64,000 nt of DNA from Podarcis pityusensis (taxonomy: Eukaryota), in assembly GCA_964106645.2 (NCBI GenBank), contig OZ067040.1, one strand, 5' to 3'. Numbering within the stretch: the stretch's first letter is position 1; the number at the start of each line of letters is the position of its first letter. Position numbers and translations under genes: made by a program. Positions 62,927 to 64,000 of this stretch are shown here, piece by piece. A model generated the notes under the pieces. It was given only the letters and a program-made list of their open reading frames with translations, did not search any database and was not told the DNA's origin.

Positions 62927-63031
62927 ATTGTATTACCTCCACATCTGGACAGAATTAGGGAAAAACTAGCTGAGAATATCCACGAACTTTGGGTTATGAA
63001 TAAAATTGAACTTGGATGGCAGTATGGTCCT
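62927..63031 (+). CDS. RYR2: RYR2 exon 23 ([35 protein letters not shown]), 105 nt; the gene continues beyond the window
   Basis: ctttag|ATTGTA ... GGTCCT|gtacgt. Start of RyR repeat 1. Confidence 0.96.
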
Positions 63032-63759
63032 GTACGTGCTTTTCAAATTTTGTTTTCTGTTGTTTTTCTTATTGCTTTAAAATATCATGCAGAATAACGT
63101 GGAGTAATTATATTGTACATGTTCAATGTATATATGCATATAATGTAGAATAATTTTCTAATAGTTACACTTTCAGAGAACATAGATTTTGCATTAAATT
63201 TTCATTGCTGTTGTAATTGTTTTATTATTTGTTTATATACCCCTTACTTGCCAAAATGGCTTATAAGTGGTTATCCAAGTAAAAGGGTTTTATATTATTC
63301 AGAAGCATCTCTAACATATTGTCAGGGCTGGGTCACACACAGCACTTGGAGGGTAGCCAGTGGTTGTGCCAAGGAGTCTGTAGTTGAGAGCCAAGCCATG
63401 AGTCAGCTGAAGAATGCACTGAATCACACAAGTGCTAGGAAGACCTTCTTGCTCTGGCAATGTCTCAACCTCAAGAGGAGACTTTTGGTAGTGTTCTCTG
63501 CCTGGCAGAGCCAAATAGATGGATGGATGGATGGATGGGGCCAGTTCAGATCCTGAGAATATCGCTTCCCTGTGAGGAGATGCTCCAAACCACAGTTCTG
63601 TGGTTCACCAATGGGGTAGCCTGCACACAAAGGCCATGGCTCCCAGCACCAGATGTGATGGCTCCTGACCTATATCTGCCATAGCAAATTTCACGTTACA
63701 TGAAATATCTTACAACTCGGCCAACAGTTATAAATACATCATTCCTATATAGTACAGTA

Positions 63760-63985
63760 CAGTGGTACCTCGGGTTACATACGCTTCAGGTTACAGACTC
63801 CGCTAACCCAGAAATAGTACCTTGGGTTAAGAACTTTGCTTCAGGATGAGAACAGAAATTGTGTTCCGGCGGCGCGGCAGCAGCAGGAGGCCCCATTAGC
63901 TAAAGTGGTGCTTCAGGTTAAGAACAGTTTCAGGTTAAGAACAGACCCCTGGGATGAATTAAGTACTTAACCTGAGATACCATGG
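63760..63985. mobile_element. pogo/Tigger-like MITE, family B (right TIR degenerate)
   Basis: cagtggtacctcgggtta...aacctgagataccatgg flanked by TA. Homologous to the 5838 and 61763 copies. Confidence 0.85.
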
Positions 63986-64000
63986 TACTTAAAACTCACC

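Overview
Eukaryotic genomic DNA from a squamate reptile. The repeat set (Sauria SINEs, Bov-B, CR1, Penelope remnants) suggests a lacertid lizard, which is inference. The whole window lies inside the cardiac ryanodine receptor gene RYR2 on the + strand. I traced 21 consecutive coding exons, orthologous to human exons 3-23. All have AG/GT boundaries and compatible phases, giving 2550 nt or 850 aa (about human residues 57-906: N-terminal domains, N-terminal solenoid, SPRY1 and the start of repeat 1-2). These include the 21-nt and 15-nt microexons 4 and 5. Intron 10 (about 17.5 kb) holds a full-length but disabled Bov-B LINE tail-to-tail with a full-length L1-clade LINE that has intact ORF1 and ORF2, a poly(A) tail and a target-site duplication (TSD). 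The introns also hold Sauria SINEs, tRNA-derived SINEs, CR1/L2 fragments, pogo/Tigger-like and hAT MITEs, and two short Penelope-like insertions carrying a minimal hammerhead-ribozyme motif, one folded back into a perfect 116-bp palindrome. The most interesting leads are the possibly active intronic L1 (antisense promoter, 5'UTR intron), the hammerhead fold-back insertions, clustered SPRY1 substitutions in exon 20 (FKBP-binding loop and an AGT codon at a conserved Gly), and candidate splicing elements around the microexons. I found no clearly new biological system. Comparisons with human RYR2 and TE families are from memory, not from a database search.
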